Positions 44,481-58,539 of a stretch of 64,000 nt of DNA are shown here, one piece after another; the first letter of the stretch is position 1; the number at the start of each line of letters is the position of its first letter. Both the position numbers and the translations under genes were made by a program. Source of the DNA: Macrostomum hystrix (lineage: Eukaryota > Animalia > Platyhelminthes); NCBI GenBank assembly GCA_950097015.1, contig CATNEN010000037.1, forward strand, positions 3,906,001 to 3,970,000. The letters are read 5' to 3'. The notes beneath the pieces were generated by a model. The model was not told the origin of the DNA. It was given only the letters and a program-made list of their open reading frames with translations, and did not search any database.

Positions 44481-44974
44481 CCCCGTGGGGAAGGGCAGCA
44501 CTGGGGAAAAGAGGGTAATGAAAGAAGGAAACGGAAAATAATGAAACGCAGATGTTGCTACTTTTCTGAACGAGTAGTCAATAGCGATGGTTGATTCTGC
44601 CCAAAATAGCATTGTTTAAAATTTGCACATTTTGCATTTAGAAGAAGCTATTTTTCAGCTAAGTCTTTCATATTTATTAACATTTTATAAAGCGTATTCT
44701 ACTGCTATAAATCAATGATGCATTTTGAAGGTGCGTCTAACACAGGTGGACGTGTTTTGGGAGAAAATTTATAAATTAATCTTAACTGAATTGTAGTAAA
44801 TAGTACAAAAAGGTCTTCAAATTCAAAGCCAACTGTCTTACACCTCACTTTTTATCTAACATGTCACTCGGTGTCTGAAAAGTTTTCGCTTGTCAGCTTC
44901 AATATTTCAAACGTTCGTTGTTTATTGTAGGTAGAAATGTCAATTTATAAAACAGCTTTTATTTTACTGCAACC

Positions 44975-45200
44975 CCTTCTCTAGCCTAGTGGTTGGACTA
45001 GCGACTAACGACTCAAAGGTCGGGGGTTCAATTCCCAACTCCACTCGAACAAACTGTGTCCTTCAGTAAGACACTTAACTCTACTTTGCTTGAGTTCACA
45101 CAGCTGTTAATTGGGTACCGGAACTAGCTCGTAGATGGGTTGATTGAGGGGCGTGTGGCGTCCCCCCAGTCCATGGACTGAACAGCCGTACGCAGACTTT
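44975..45200 (+). mobile_element. tRNA-headed CORE-type SINE, antisense in the probable HCN 3' UTR
   Basis: TAGCCTAGTGG (A box), GGTTCAATTCC (B box), TGTGTCCTTCAGTAAGACACTTAAC..AGTTCAC (CORE-like), CCCCAGTCCATGGACTG; minus-strand AATAAA at 44921-44926. Confidence 0.75.
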
Positions 45201-45333
45201 CAGTTGCGCCTCGCAATACCTGCGGCAGTGCTGTCGGCTGCATGTCTGGCCCGATCGGCGCAGGTGAAGTAAACAATTATCAATTATTAATATACTGCGC
45301 TGATTTGTGCTACAAAGACTTGGAGTTATGACT

Positions 45334-48300
45334 TCAAGTTGGCGCCGGCCTACTTCCACCCGGCAACACCTCGCTGAGCCTCGCCGCCTTGGCCTTCAGC
45401 CGCAGACTCAGCTTGAGCTTCTTGCTAGATGCTCTCTTTGTTTCCTGCTGACAGCCGACGCCTCCGAGGCCTTCAGCTTCGATGACAACCGAGTCCACGG
45501 CGTTGACTTCTTCGCCGGCCAGTTCCTCGTCGTCGGCGGCAGCTCTGTCCACAATCTCCTTGACCAGGCTGAGATCCTCTTTGAGGTCCTCCCGGTTGCT
45601 GACCATCTGCGGATTCTGGCCGATCTTGCTCAACCTCTCGGCGGCGACTGACTCCATTGTGCGGCGCATCAGTGGGTAATTGTCCAGCACAGAGAGGAAG
45701 TTGTCTCGCTCCAGCGAGTAGACATTGCAGTAGGTCTCAGCCCGAACACTGGCTACTCGCTTGGCGTTGGTTAGAAGGCAGATTTCTGTGGCAAAAAAGA
45801 GCTGCTCTAACAAATCGTGTGCGGAGTGAGGTGGACGTGGAGTGAGGTTGATGTGGAGTGAGGTTGATTTGGAGTGAGGTTGATGTGGAGTGGGGTTGAT
45901 GTGGAGTGGGGTTGATGTGGAGTGAGGTTGATGTGGAGTCTGTTCGAATAAGTTTAGGAGGAGTGAGGTTGGTGCAGCGTTGGAAGTCGCGTTTCGCTTA
46001 TATTTAATTCACAAATGTGATCACTTATGAAAGCATTGCCCAAGCGTTGAAGTAAATCAGTGTTCAAGTCCTCACCGCCAAAATAGGAGCCATCAGACAG
46101 GCTGGTAGCCACGTCGCCCTCCTTAGTAATGATGTCAACAATGCCCTCCTGGATAAAGTACATTTTAGCACCGATAGTGCCCTCCTTGATGATTAGGTCG
46201 CCTGGCTGGAACACCTCGTATCTGAGCTTGGTGACCACCTCGGATACGAAATCCTGATCGGCGTACGTGAAGAACGGGACCGCAGCAACCAGCGCCCGGC
46301 AGTTGTAGTTGATGATTTGCTGCGGGTGAGGAGTTTGGAAGACTATTTTATATTTTGTACATCATGCGCACTTTACAGGCACGCAGGGCAATGAGACAAT
46401 CTCAAGCTGCTCTCACCTCCCTGAGGCACTCGGACAGCTCGCCTAGGATGTCGTTCTCGTTGAACATCTTGCCCTGATAGCGATGTTCGTAGTAGTTTGC
46501 GATGCGCTGGCGCAGCGCTCTGGGCAGCTTCCTGTACGCCATGTACTCTTCCACCTGCTTGAACTGAGAAGTTTCCAGCATGCTTTCCAATGGTTCTAGT
46601 TAAAACGCTGTTTTTGAAATTTGCGCGTGAACTTTAGGACTGTTGGTTCTATTTCGCAAATTTTCCGGCTTTATAATTTTCCGGGTTTGTGTTTTTCCGT
46701 AATTCCGTATTAACGTAATTATGCGGAATTGTTTTAGGGTGAACTGAAACACTGCGTTAGTAAAAATGCACAAATCGTTTCTTCATGGCTGGGATTCGAT
46801 AACTCTAGACCTGTTTCATAGGCCTCTACTGGCTCAGTAGTCTATTTAGCAAGCAAGTGCTAAAATTCGTACCTTCTCGCGATAGAGCCGCTTTGAAGTG
46901 TCGAAGCTTTGAATCAGGGCGGCGGAATGGCCGACAAACAGGGCATAACACGTAGCGCCAGTCATCATGCTCACTATGGTGATCCACGCCTCGCTCAGGC
47001 TGGTTGGCGGGTGCTGGCCATAGCCAATGCTCAGCATGTGGCTCATGGCTTTAAACAGGGCCCAGGTGTACTGCCGGAACCAGTGCGCGTCCTGCGGGAC
47101 GGCGGGCCGGAATATTTGCGTTAATCGTATCCTCAGTAGTCTGAGGTGTTGCTTCTTCTCTCTCCTCTCTTTCCTTAACCCTCTATGTCCTCTCAATTCT
47201 TCTCTTGTGCCCTCTCTTCTCACCTCTTCTCTCCTGCCACCCCTTCTCTCCTGCCACCCCTTCTCTCCTGCCACCCCTTCTCTCCTGCCACCCCTTCTCT
47301 CCTGCCACCTCTTCTCTCCTGCCACCCCTTCTCTCCTGCCACCCCTTCTCTCCTGCCACCTTTTCTCTCCTGTCATCTCTTCTCTCCTGTCATCTCTTCT
47401 CTCCTGTCATCTCTTCTCTCCTGTCATCTCTTCTCTCTCTCCTGTGACCTCTTCTCTCCTTTCATCTCTTCTCTCCTTTCATCTCTTCTCTCCTGTCATC
47501 TCTTCTCTCCTCTCACCCCTTCTCTCCTGTCATCTCTTCTCTCCTTTCATATCTTATCTCCTTTCATCTCTTCTCTCCTTTCATCTCTTCTCTCCTTTCA
47601 TCTCTTCTCTCCTTTCATCTCTTCTCTCCTTTCATCTCTTCTCTCCTTTCATCTCTTCTCTCCTGTCATCTCTTCTCTCCTGTCATCTCTTCTCTCCTGT
47701 CATCTCTTCTCTCCTTTCATCTCTTCTCTCCTCTCACCCCTTCTCTCCTGCCACCTCTTCTCTCCTGCCACCTCTTCTCTCCTCTCATCCCTTCTCTACT
47801 ATCACCCCTTCTCTCCTTTCATCTCTTCTCTCCTGTCATATCTTCTCTCCTGTGACCCCTTCTCTCCTGTCATCTCCTCTCTTCTGTCATCTCTCTCTTC
47901 TCACTTCCTCTCCCCTGTCACCATTTCCCCGCTCTTCCCTCTTCCCAAGTTACAGCAGGACGAACTCTCACCTGGATATTGAGCTTCCTAACCCACGAGT
48001 CCTTGGGAAAATCCTGTATTGCTGGCACCAGAAACTGCAGGCAGCCGTTCCAGTGTGCCAGGAGAAGCATCAGGCACACCAGATTCACCACTCGGATGAA
48101 GATGGAGGCTATGTTCAGCAGCTGGATTTAATTTGATTGGTTCGAGCTCTCAACTCTTATACTTTTACGATCTAGCTGATTTAAAATCTGGTTTTAGAAA
48201 TATTAAGTGAGATTCAGAAGAATCGACCCGGACAAAGAGGTGTCCAAAAATCTTGGATCCGGATGATGTGGCACTAGAAAAAGTGTGGGGATGTAGGCGA

Positions 48301-51300
48301 AAGCAAGCGAAAGACCATAGAATGATGGACGACAGCACCCGATGAACCAAAGAATGATGGACGACAGCACCCGATGAACCATAGAATGATGGACGACAGC
48401 ACCCGATGAACCAAAGAATGATGGACGACAGCACCCGATGAACCAAAGAATGGACGTGACGGCACCCGATGAACCATAGAATGGAGGTGACGGCACCCGA
48501 AGGACCATAGAATGGAGGTGACGGCACCCGAAGGACCATAGAATGGAGGTGACGGCACCCGAAGGACCATAGAATGGAGGTGACAGCACCCGAAGGACCA
48601 TAGAATGGAGGTGACGGCACCCGAAGGACCATAGAATGGAGGTGACAGCACCCGAAGGACCATAGAATGGAGGTGACGGCACCCGAAGGACCATAGAATG
48701 GAGGTGACGGCACCCGAAGGACCATAGAATGGAGGTGACGGCACCCGAAGGACCATAGAATGGAGGTGACGGCACCCGAAGGACCATAGAATGGAGGTGA
48801 CGGCACCCGAAGGACCATAGAATGGAGGTGACGGCACCCGAAGGACCATAGAATGGAGGTGACGGCACCCGAAGGACCATAGAATGGAGGTGACAGCACC
48901 CGAAGGACCATAGAATGGAGGTGACGGCACCCGAAGGACCATAGAATGGAGGTGACAGCACCCGAAGGACCATAGAATGGAGGTGACAGCACCCGAAGGA
49001 CCATAGAATGGAGGTGACGGCACCCGAAGGACCATAGAATGGAGGTGACGGCACCCGAAGGACCATAGAATGGAGGTGACGGCACCCGAAGGACCATAGA
49101 ATGGAGGTGACAGCACCCGAAGGACCATAGAATGGAGGTGACGGCACCCATGGACCATAGAATGGAGGTGACGGCACCCATGGACCATAGAATCGAGATA
49201 ATACGCCCGAAAGACCCGGAGAAGGAGGTGGGGAGCGCCAGGTTGTCAGCTGGGATATTTTCGCGCACCTCCTCCCACTGGCTGACGTAGCGAACCAGTC
49301 GCGACAGGCGCAGGAGGCGCAGGAGGCTGAGCAGTTTGGCGAGGCGAAGAATTTTCAAAGCGCGTCCTGCGAAGCGGCAATTGAAAGTACTTTTTAAATC
49401 TAGCTCGTCACAGAGACTGATATCTATTAGAACCAACCAGCATGCACCAGCTGTGTGACATTGTTCCTCTGATTCAATGCCAGGAAGATGTAGTCCATTG
49501 GGATGGAGGACACCAGATCCAGGAAGAACCATGAGCGCACATAGTGCCTGGCTATCTGCCTGGGGTCCAGGATGATCTCGTCGGCGAAGTCGTTGCGGAT
49601 CACACCTTCAAGATGGTTGTTACGTTATCAGAAGGTGTAGTTGATTTTTTAGGATTTTTAAATAAACTGCACATTTAAGCTGATATCTTCAAACCTGTTC
49701 GAAAGTTCACAGCAATGTCACTCAAGAAGATTGTGTCTGAAAGACAATTGAAGACAATCCAGTGCGTGCTGAGATCGTCATTGAAGAATGAAATAGCTAC
49801 GGGCAGCACCACCAGATTGGTGATCAGCAGCACCAGCATCATCAGGTCCCAGTAGAAGCTGTAATCCGATGAAAATACCATTATTTACAATTTACTAAAT
49901 TAACTCACTAACACCCACCCACCCATTCCTTACCATTTCTGTGCAGCCAATGACAGACGCCGACAACCACCCCAACTAGAGTCGCAAAGTCTGCCAATGC
50001 CGAGCACTGGCATACACCCACCCCATTCCTTCGCATATACTGCTTGGTTCTGATGCCTGATGCCGACAACCCACCCTATTCCTTCGCAGCCAATGCCTGA
50101 CGCCGACAACCCACCCTATTCCTTCGCAGCCAATGCCTGACGCCGACAACCCACCCTATTCCTTCGCAGCCAGTGCCTGACGCCGACACCCATCCCAGTT
50201 CGACAGCCAATCAAAGTGTTTTAAATTCTAATCGAAAGCGCACCGGAAGTTGCTGCACGGATGAACGATCCATCTGGCCGTCTGCTGCTGGCGCCGTTTC
50301 TCCTTCAGTAGCGCGTTCCTATTGCCGAATAGCTTCATAGCCAGCTTGTTGTCCGACGGCTGGAAGAAGGCAAAGAACTGCTCTTTGAGGTAGCTGGACG
50401 AGCTCTGGCGCAAATGCTCGCCACCAGCGCCCGCCGTGGCCTCCGGCGACAGCAGCGACTCGTCGGCGGCTCCGAACGCCTGCGCTCGACCTGCGGCGCC
50501 AGAGTCGATGAACTGCGAGCCGAAGCCACCGAAGCTTGGCCAGCGTCGGCGGTCTCTTTCGCCACCGGCGCCGTGAACAACTCCGACAAAGCGGCAGGAC
50601 TCCATGGACTTCGAGGAGGCTTTGGCCGGCTTTTGAAGCGGTCGAATCTGCGGCCGATGATGTTGGCCACGGGAGTCCGAGGTGGAGGCGGCTGGAGCTG
50701 CGGTCGCTGCGGCAGCAGCAGCAGCAGCGTCTTGACCGCTGGCGTCCATCGATCGAGCCGCTCGCATCATCGCCTGGAAGCTGCCGCGCTTCCCAGCAGC
50801 TATCGGCGTCAGTGGAACTTCCAATATTGGTGGCGACTGCGGCCGCTGAAAGTCTGGCGAGTCGGGTGGCTCGAATACCAGCAGTGGCGGCTGCGACTTC
50901 CAGGAATCTGCTGAAGTTATTCAGAAAATTTCAGGATTGGATCTTTCCTGAGACATCATATGCTTCAGTGTAAGCTAGTGATTTCCTGTTCAGCTGTACA
51001 ATTTCATACATTAGAATATAGTCACACATTGATAGCGCTGGCTTCGAACACCTTGCTGGTGTAAATTGATATGAGAATTCTCTTCATTATCAGCGGACAC
51101 TCTTGTAGGATTTTCCCCGTACATTAATGTACGCTTGTAGGATTCTCCTCATAAATTGCGTACATTGATATGGGTATTCCCTGATGAGAGGCGTACATTA
51201 ATGTACGCTTGAAGGATTCTCCTCATCGATAACGTACAGCGATACGGGATTCCCTTGATTAGAGGTGTACAATAATGTACTCTTGAAGGATTCTCCTTAT

Positions 51301-53412
51301 AAATTGCGTACATTGATATGGGTTTTCCCTGGTCAGATGCATACATTAATGTTCGTTTGAAGGATTCTTCTCATACAGCGATACGGGAATCCCCTGATTA
51401 CGCATGTTGATAAGATTTTCATGAATCACTCCGAGTTCTGCTTCGAAGTCCAGATTTCAGGTGTTGCATTTTTCATCACTGCATGGCAGCCTTGTTCTTA
51501 TTCTAGGAGTATAATTTCGCAGACTCGTTGCCTAAAAAGCCTCGCCTAATTCTAAGGCAGACAGCTAGCCGCTTGCTAATCCGAAGTAAACCGAAAGCGA
51601 CCATTCACAATGCGAATTAGATCTTCTCAACCTGACTAAACCAAGAATCAAGGCACAGGGACGCGGGGAACTCACCTCTCGCTGTTCACCTCTCTACCTC
51701 TTTCCACTTACTAATTAGAGCAATCTGCGTGCGGGAATCATCTGTAGGGGAGGCTTCACGGCATGACGCAAGTCTAGATGTCGCCTTTCAAAAATTTTCA
51801 ACCTCTTTTCGCTGTCATTCTCAAAGAGGCAGGGACGAGGCAAAGAGGGGGTTGGCGCTAAAGTTCAAGTCAATCAGGATAGACTTAATTGATCCCGAGG
51901 AGTATCCGAGCGAGACTGTGAATAGGCTCGACTGTGTTTCTAAGAAATCAAATTCACTTCACTCGATTGGATTTTTTGTCTTAATGCGACTAAATCTAGT
52001 CCTGAATTGGGACTCAAACCTGAAGCAGGCTTTGGGAAGTGAATATGAAATCGGTGATAACTAGCTTCAACTCGGTGATAACTGAATTATGGGAGCATTG
52101 TGGGGAAGAATTAATATATTTGGCGGCACAGTTGAGATTTGTGTTTGAGATTTGATTTAGGATTTCTGGGGGAGTTATAAAAAATGTGTGGGAATTATTA
52201 GAGATTTGTGAGGGAAGAATTGTTTGGGAATAATCATGGATTTAACAGTAAAAAGAGCACGGAGTATTTCAATTACCCACATTTTTTCTGTTTTCTCAAA
52301 CTCTTAAAATATTCAACCAATCGTCATGAAAATCCAGAACTTTTCCGCTAAAATTTTCCGCTCTATCTGATGAAACAACTTCCAGAATCACAAAACATCG
52401 GCATCGTCGAGATATTCAACGATTCTCGTTGGGGTGTGTGGTTGCGAAAATCACTAATAGCGATGGCGTGGTCTTTCCCCAGGGGGGGAGAAATAGCGAT
52501 GGCGTGGTCTTTCCCCAGGGGGGGGAGAATTAGCGATGGCGTGGTCTTTCCCCAGGGGGGGGAGAATTAGCGATGGCGTGGTCTTTCCCCAGGGGGGAGA
52601 AATAGCGATGGCGTGGTCTTTCCCCAGGGGGGAGAAATAGTGATGGCGTGGTCTTTCCCCAGGGGGAGAAATAGCGATGGCGTGGTCTTTCCCCAGGGGG
52701 GAGAAATAGCGATGGCGTGGTCTTTCCCCAGGGGGAGAAATAGCGATGGCGTGGTCTTTCCCCAGGGGGGGAGAAATAGCGATGGCGTGGTCTTTCCCCA
52801 GGGGGGGGAGAAATAGCGATGGCGTGGTCTTTCCCCAGGGGGGGAGAAATAGCGATGGCGTGGTCTTTCCCCAGGGGGGAGAAATAGCGATGGCGTGGTC
52901 TTTCCCCCAGGGGGGAGAAATAGCGATGGCGTGGTCTTTCCCCAGGGGGGGGGAGAAATAGCGATGGCGTGGTCTTTCCCCAGGGGGGGAGAAATAGCGA
53001 TGGCGTGGTCTTTCCCCAGGGGGGAGAAATAGCGATGGCGTGGTCTTTCCCCAGGGGGAGAAATAGCGATGGCGTGGTCTCTCCCCACGGGGGAGAAATA
53101 GCGATGGCGTGGTCTTTCCCCACGGGGGAGAAATAGCGATGGCGTGGTCTTTCTACTGTTAAGGGGGAGAACAAGAGATTTGCGGAGGGAAGCATTCGAG
53201 AAGAGGTAGAAAATCAAAGACTTGGGACTGATTTTATTGTTTGAAAAAAAGGCTATAAATGGAGATGCCAATTTAAAATTCTTCGGCAGCAGCAGCAGCT
53301 ACAGACCGGCAGAATCTCCGCGGTGTGTTATCCGAGCCGATGCGGCGACCGCGGCCTCCGCCGGAGCAGAATCGCGTCGCCAGGAATCGCCAGGTCCGCC
53401 TTCTGGGTCCAT
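45334..53412 (-). CDS. HCN: Hyperpolarization-activated cyclic nucleotide-gated channel, complement(join(45334..45785,46076..46319,46417..46563,46873..47091,47972..48121,49269..49366,49438..49605,49695..49858,50244..50910,53307..53412)), about 804 aa; first exon tentative
   Basis: HCN domain [28 protein letters not shown]; S4 [32 protein letters not shown]; pore [13 protein letters not shown]; C-linker [25 protein letters not shown]; [22 protein letters not shown]. All internal phases are consistent; the 53307-53412 exon rests only on ATG context and phase. Confidence 0.92.
45820..45940. repeat. 16-bp repeat (GGAGTGAGGTTGATGT) in the last HCN intron
   Basis: About 7 tandem copies. Confidence 0.85.
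47200..47900. repeat. 17-bp CT-rich minisatellite (CTCCTG(C/T)CA(C/T)C(C/T)CTTCT) in an HCN intron
   Basis: Direct tandem periodicity. Confidence 0.9.
48300..49195. repeat. 31-bp minisatellite (GACCATAGAATGGAGGTGACGGCACCCGAAG) in an HCN intron
   Basis: Direct tandem periodicity; explains three overlapping minus-strand ORFs. Confidence 0.95.
50040..50200. repeat. 40-bp tandem repeat in an HCN intron
   Basis: GCCTGACGCCGACAACCCACCCTATTCCTTCGCAGCCAAT, 3-4 copies. Confidence 0.85.
51110..51400. repeat. Degenerate about 75-bp tandem repeat
   Basis: Recurring GTACATTAATGTAC..AGGATTCTCCTCAT..GATATGGG. Confidence 0.75.
52478..53150. repeat. About 35-37-bp minisatellite (ATAGCGATGGCGTGGTCTTTCCCCAG(n)AGAA) with variable G-run length
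   Basis: Direct tandem periodicity, about 18 copies. Confidence 0.94.
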
Positions 53413-53819
53413 GGCTTGGCCTTTGAGTCTTGAGTGGCACTGGCTCTGATGCTTGGGCTAGTGAAATCTCTAAGAGCGATCTGCTCCTTTAATTGGACTT
53501 CCCATCGAAGCCGAACCGAGTCCGCATTGGTCATCTCGCTGCCGGGGAAGGCAGTCCGAACTATCCTGTTTCACCTCGGAGGTTGCCATATTTTCAGACT
53601 CTTCACTTCCTTTTCTATCAAAGTTTTTCTGCAAATTTTCCCTCAGGCAATAGCTTGGGGTGCTTGCTGTCTCCGTGTTTAATGAGGCTCGCAAGAATTT
53701 CTGCTGGCTGCGCTCCTTCTTGCTGGCAAATTAGGCACGGCTTGTTAAACTGCGGGAGCCGATGAGCTTGAGCTGGTAGATATTGGAGAGAAAATCGAAA
53801 TGATGGTAACTCCTTTAGG

Positions 53820-55100
53820 AGTGAAATGAGAGATGCGAGAGTGAAATGAGAGATGTGAGAGTGAAATGAGAGATGCGAGAGTGAAATGAGAGATGTGAGA
53901 GTGAAATGAGAGATGCGAGAGTGAAATGAGAGATGTGAGAGTGAAAAAAGAGATGTGAGAGTGAAGGGAGAGATGCGAGAGTGAAATGAGAGATGCGAGA
54001 GTGAAATGAGAGATGCGAGAGTAAGAGAGATGCGAGAGTGAAATGAGGGATGCGAGAGTCAAATAAGAGATGCGAGAGTGAAATGAGAGATGAGAGAGTG
54101 AAATGAGAGATGCGAGAGTGAAATGAGACATGTGAGAGTGAAATGAGAGATGCGAGAGTGAAATGAGAGATGCGAGAGTGAAATGAGAGATGCGAGAGTG
54201 AAATGAGAGATGCGAGAGTGAAATGAGAGATGCGAGAGTGAAATGAGAGATGCGAGAGTGAAATGAGAGATGCGAGAGTGAAATGAGAGATGCGAGAGTG
54301 AAATGAGAGATGTGAGAGTGAAGGGAGAGATGCGAGAGTGAAATGAGAGATGCGAGAGTGAAATGAGAGATGCGAGAGTGAAATGAGAGATGCGAGAGTG
54401 AAATGAGAGATGCGAGAGTGAAATGAGAGATGCGAGAGTGAAATGAGAGATGCGAAAGTGAAATGAGAGATGCGAGAGTGCAATGAGAGATGCGAGAGTG
54501 AAGGGAGAGATGCGAGTGAAAAGAGAGATGCGAGAGTGAAAAGAGAGATGCGAGAGCGAAATGAGAGATGTGAGAGTGAAATGAGAGATGCGAGAGTGAA
54601 AAGAGAGATGCGAGAGTGAAATGGGGGATGCGAGAGTGAAAAGAGAGATGCGAGAGTGAAATGAGAGATGCGAGAGTGAAATGAGGGATGCGAGAGTGAA
54701 ATGAGGGATGCGAGAGTGAAAAGAGAGATGCGAGAGTGAAATGAGAGATGTGAGAGTGCAATGAGAGATGCGAGAGTAAAAGAGAGATTTGGGAGTGAAA
54801 TGAGGAATGCGAGAGTGAAATGAGAGATGCGAGAGTGAAATGAGAGATGCGAGAGTGAAATGAGAGATGTGAGAGTGCAATGAGAGATGCGAGAGTAAAA
54901 GAGAGATGCGAGAGTGAAATGAGAGATGCGAGAGTAAAAGAAAGATGTGAGAGTGAAGGGAGAGATGCGAGAGTGAAATAAGAGATGCGAGAGTGAAATG
55001 AGAGATGCGAGAGTAAAAGAGAGATTTGGGAGTGAAATGAGAGATGCGAGAGTGCAATGAGAGATGCGAGAGTAAAAAGAGAGATTTGTAGTGAAATGAG
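53820..55100. repeat. 20-bp purine-rich minisatellite (GAGAGTGAAATGAGAGATGC), about 63 copies
   Basis: Direct tandem periodicity. Confidence 0.96.
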
Positions 55101-55619
55101 GGATGTAAGCAGGAAACGAGTGGACATGAGTGAAGAAATTAAGCCTGTGCTATGCGGGATGCTAAAAAGAGAACTCCTCTATATTATGTGTAGCTGCAGG
55201 TGTTGCGTGCAGGTAGCCAAGTCTCAGAATTGGGACCCAGTAGCGGAAGCTCTCCCAGCCGGTGAGTGAGAAGAAGCAGAATAAGCGACTCACAGAACTC
55301 ATAGAAGATTTCTGGTCTTGCGAAACTCATATCCCTTACTTGCGTGGCAGCAGAGGACCATCTTAACCAAGCTTGTCTGTCACAACCGCTACATTGTGCC
55401 AGAACTCCGGCTAGAAATCAATGAGGAAAATCTCCAACATAGATTCCCGAATCGCTACAAATGCTTTTGAAGCTCTCGGCTTCGACTTAACAAGGATTCA
55501 ATCAAAATGCTCCTTTGTTCATTGCACTGATCATTCTGCTTGCCTTGATTTTAGACAGCACCTCCGGCTCCAGAAGCTTCATTTCATGCTGACTCCTTGC
55601 TAAGCTGTTCAGATTCTGC

Positions 55620-56110
55620 CGAGTGACAGATTCTACTGAGTGACAGATTCTACTGAGTGACAGATTCTACTGAGTGACAGATTCTACTGAGTGACAGATT
55701 CTACTGAGTGACAGATTCTACCGAGTGACAGATTCTACCGAGTGACAGATTCTACTGAGTGACAGATTCTACCGAGTGACAGATTCTACTGAGTGACAGA
55801 TTCTACTGAGTGACAGATTCTACTGAGTGACAGATTCTACTGAGTGACAGATTCTACTGAGTGACAGATTCTACCGAGTGACAGATTCTACCGAGTGACA
55901 GATTCTACTGAGTGACAGATTCTACCGAGTGACAGATTCTACTGAGTGACAGATTCTACTGAGTGACAGATTCTACTGAGTGACAGATTCTACTGAGTGA
56001 CAGATTCTACTGAGTGACAGATTCTACTGAGTGACAGATTCTACTGAGTGACAGATTCTACTGAGTGACAGATTCTACTGAGTGACAGATTCTACTGAGT
56101 GACAGATTCT
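55620..56110. repeat. 17-bp minisatellite (GAGTGACAGATTCTACT), about 29 copies
   Basis: Direct tandem periodicity. Confidence 0.96.
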
Positions 56111-56604
56111 AAGAGCTTGTGTATGGCATTGTGATGGAAAGTCTAAATTCTGACTATAGAAGGTCAGGCGTCTTAAATTTCAGAAACCGATCATTCTCAG
56201 TTGGCTGTCTTCCAAAAGCCGACGGGATGGAAAATTTAGGCAAAGCGAGACAAGTAAAGATCTTTCCCTTCTCTTTTTCTACTTGCCCCGGAAGCGGCAC
56301 ATCCGGTCAGTGGGTCAGTCTTTTGTAACCAGCGCTGCTTTGTGGTCACACCACTTGCTAGCCAACAAAGGGACACCTATGCTCCAAGCCTCGGTTGGAA
56401 ATATTAAAAAGTGCAATCCGACCCTACAGGCCGAAGGGACAGCACCAAAGTTAGAGATTCAAGTTCCCTACAATTTCATCTGAACTCTGGTTTGCCGACG
56501 TGAGCTGAATTTCACTTTTCGAAATCTTCTGGCAAACTATCTCTTTGCCGGATTTCGCAATCTCTTTCCATTGTGCTTTTTTTATTCTAAAGTACTCCTT
56601 TAAA

Positions 56605-57936
56605 CCAATGACCCGATTCTGCTATCACTGACCCGATTCTGCTATCACTGACCCGATTCTGCTATCACTGACCCGATTCTGCTATCACTGACCCGATTCT
56701 GCTATCACTGACCCGATTCTGTGATCACTGACCCGATTCTGCGATCACTGACCCGATTCTGCTGTCACTGACCCGATTCTGCTGTCACTGACCCGATTCT
56801 GTGATCACTGACCCGATTCTGCTGTCACTGACCCGATTCTGCTGTCACTGACCCGATTCTGCTATCACTGACCCGATTCTGTGATCACTGACCCGATTCT
56901 ACTATCACTGACCCGATTCTGTGATTACTGACGCGATTCTACTATCACTGACCCGATTCTGTGATCACTGACCCGATTCTACTATCACTGACCGGATTCT
57001 GCTATCACTGACCCGATTCTGCTATCACTGACCCGATTCTGCTATCACTGACCCGATTCTGTGATCACTGACCCGATTCTGTGATCACTGACCCGATTCT
57101 GCTATCACTGACCCGATTCTGTGATCACTGACCCGATTCTGTGATCACTGACCCGATTCTGCGATCACTGACCCGATTCTGCTGTCACTGACCCGATTCT
57201 GTGATCACTGACCCGATTCTGCTGTCACTGACCCGATTCTGTGATCACTGACCCGATTCTGTGATTACTGACCCGATTCTACTATCACCGACCCGATTCT
57301 GTGATCACTGACCCGATTCTGCTATCACTGACCGGATTCTGTGATCACTGACCCGATTGTGTGATCACTGACCCGATTCTGTGATCACTGACCCGATTCT
57401 GTGATCACTGACCCGATTCTGTGATCACTGACCCGATTCTGTGATCACTGACCCGATTCTGCTATCACTCACCGGATTATGTGATCACTGACCCGATTCT
57501 GTGATCACTGACCCGATTCTGCTATCACTGACCTGATTCTGTGATCACTGACCCGATTCTGTGATCACTGACCCGATTCTGTGATCACTGACCCGATTCT
57601 GTGATCACTGACCCGATTCTGTGATCACTGACCCGATTCTGTGATCACTGACCCGATTCTGCTATCACTCACCGGATTATGTGATCACTGACCCGATTCT
57701 GTGATCACTGACCCGATTCTGCTATCACTGACCTGATTCTGTGATCACTGACCCGATTCTGTGATCACTGACCCGATTCTGTGATCACTGACCCGATTCT
57801 GTGATCACTGACCCGATTCTGTGATCACTGACCCGATTCTGCTATCACTGACCTGATTCTGTGATCACTGACCCGATTCTGCTATCACTGACCCGATTCT
57901 GCTATCACTGACCTGATTCTGTGATCACTGACCCGA
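56605..57936. repeat. 20-bp minisatellite (GACCCGATTCTGTGATCACT), about 66 copies
   Basis: Direct tandem periodicity. Confidence 0.97.
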
Positions 57937-58539
57937 ATTTTGAGTAGTTTAAATTATTAATATTTCATTATTCAGGTTTCTAGCATTTGCCTCTCTGCTG
58001 ATTTACCCAGCTTGAGTTGAGTACGGACCGTGATCTTAAGCAGGTTTTACAGAGCTATTTGACACTGTCACAATGGCTCCTCGTGACCTTTTATGCGAAG
58101 ATGAAACTGCTTTGATATCCCTGACACGCATGGGATAGCATGGGATCGCATGGGATAGCACAATGACTTTGCTGATCACAAGAATCACGAGAATCAAATC
58201 CTGAGAATAGGGGGCACAAAATCCTGCGGAAAAATATCATCTGTTAACTCGATCATTTTCCCCTCCTAATACAGTAAGTAGCTTAATAGTTTTCATAAAG
58301 CTCTGTGGCTGTTCGTCAGCTTGCTCTGCACTGTTATTCACTGTTTGCTGTACCTTAAAATATATTGTTGGCACAATAATGCGGCAATGTACTTTCAGGG
58401 ATGGCATTTTGCTTTGTGAATTAATGACAAGGCATATGACTGACGTTATTAAAATCGTTACGATTTAGTGGGAGGCCAAGTTTCTTTCGATTGACTAGAT
58501 TCGTGTAGAGGGCTTGGATATACGAGTATTATAGATATT

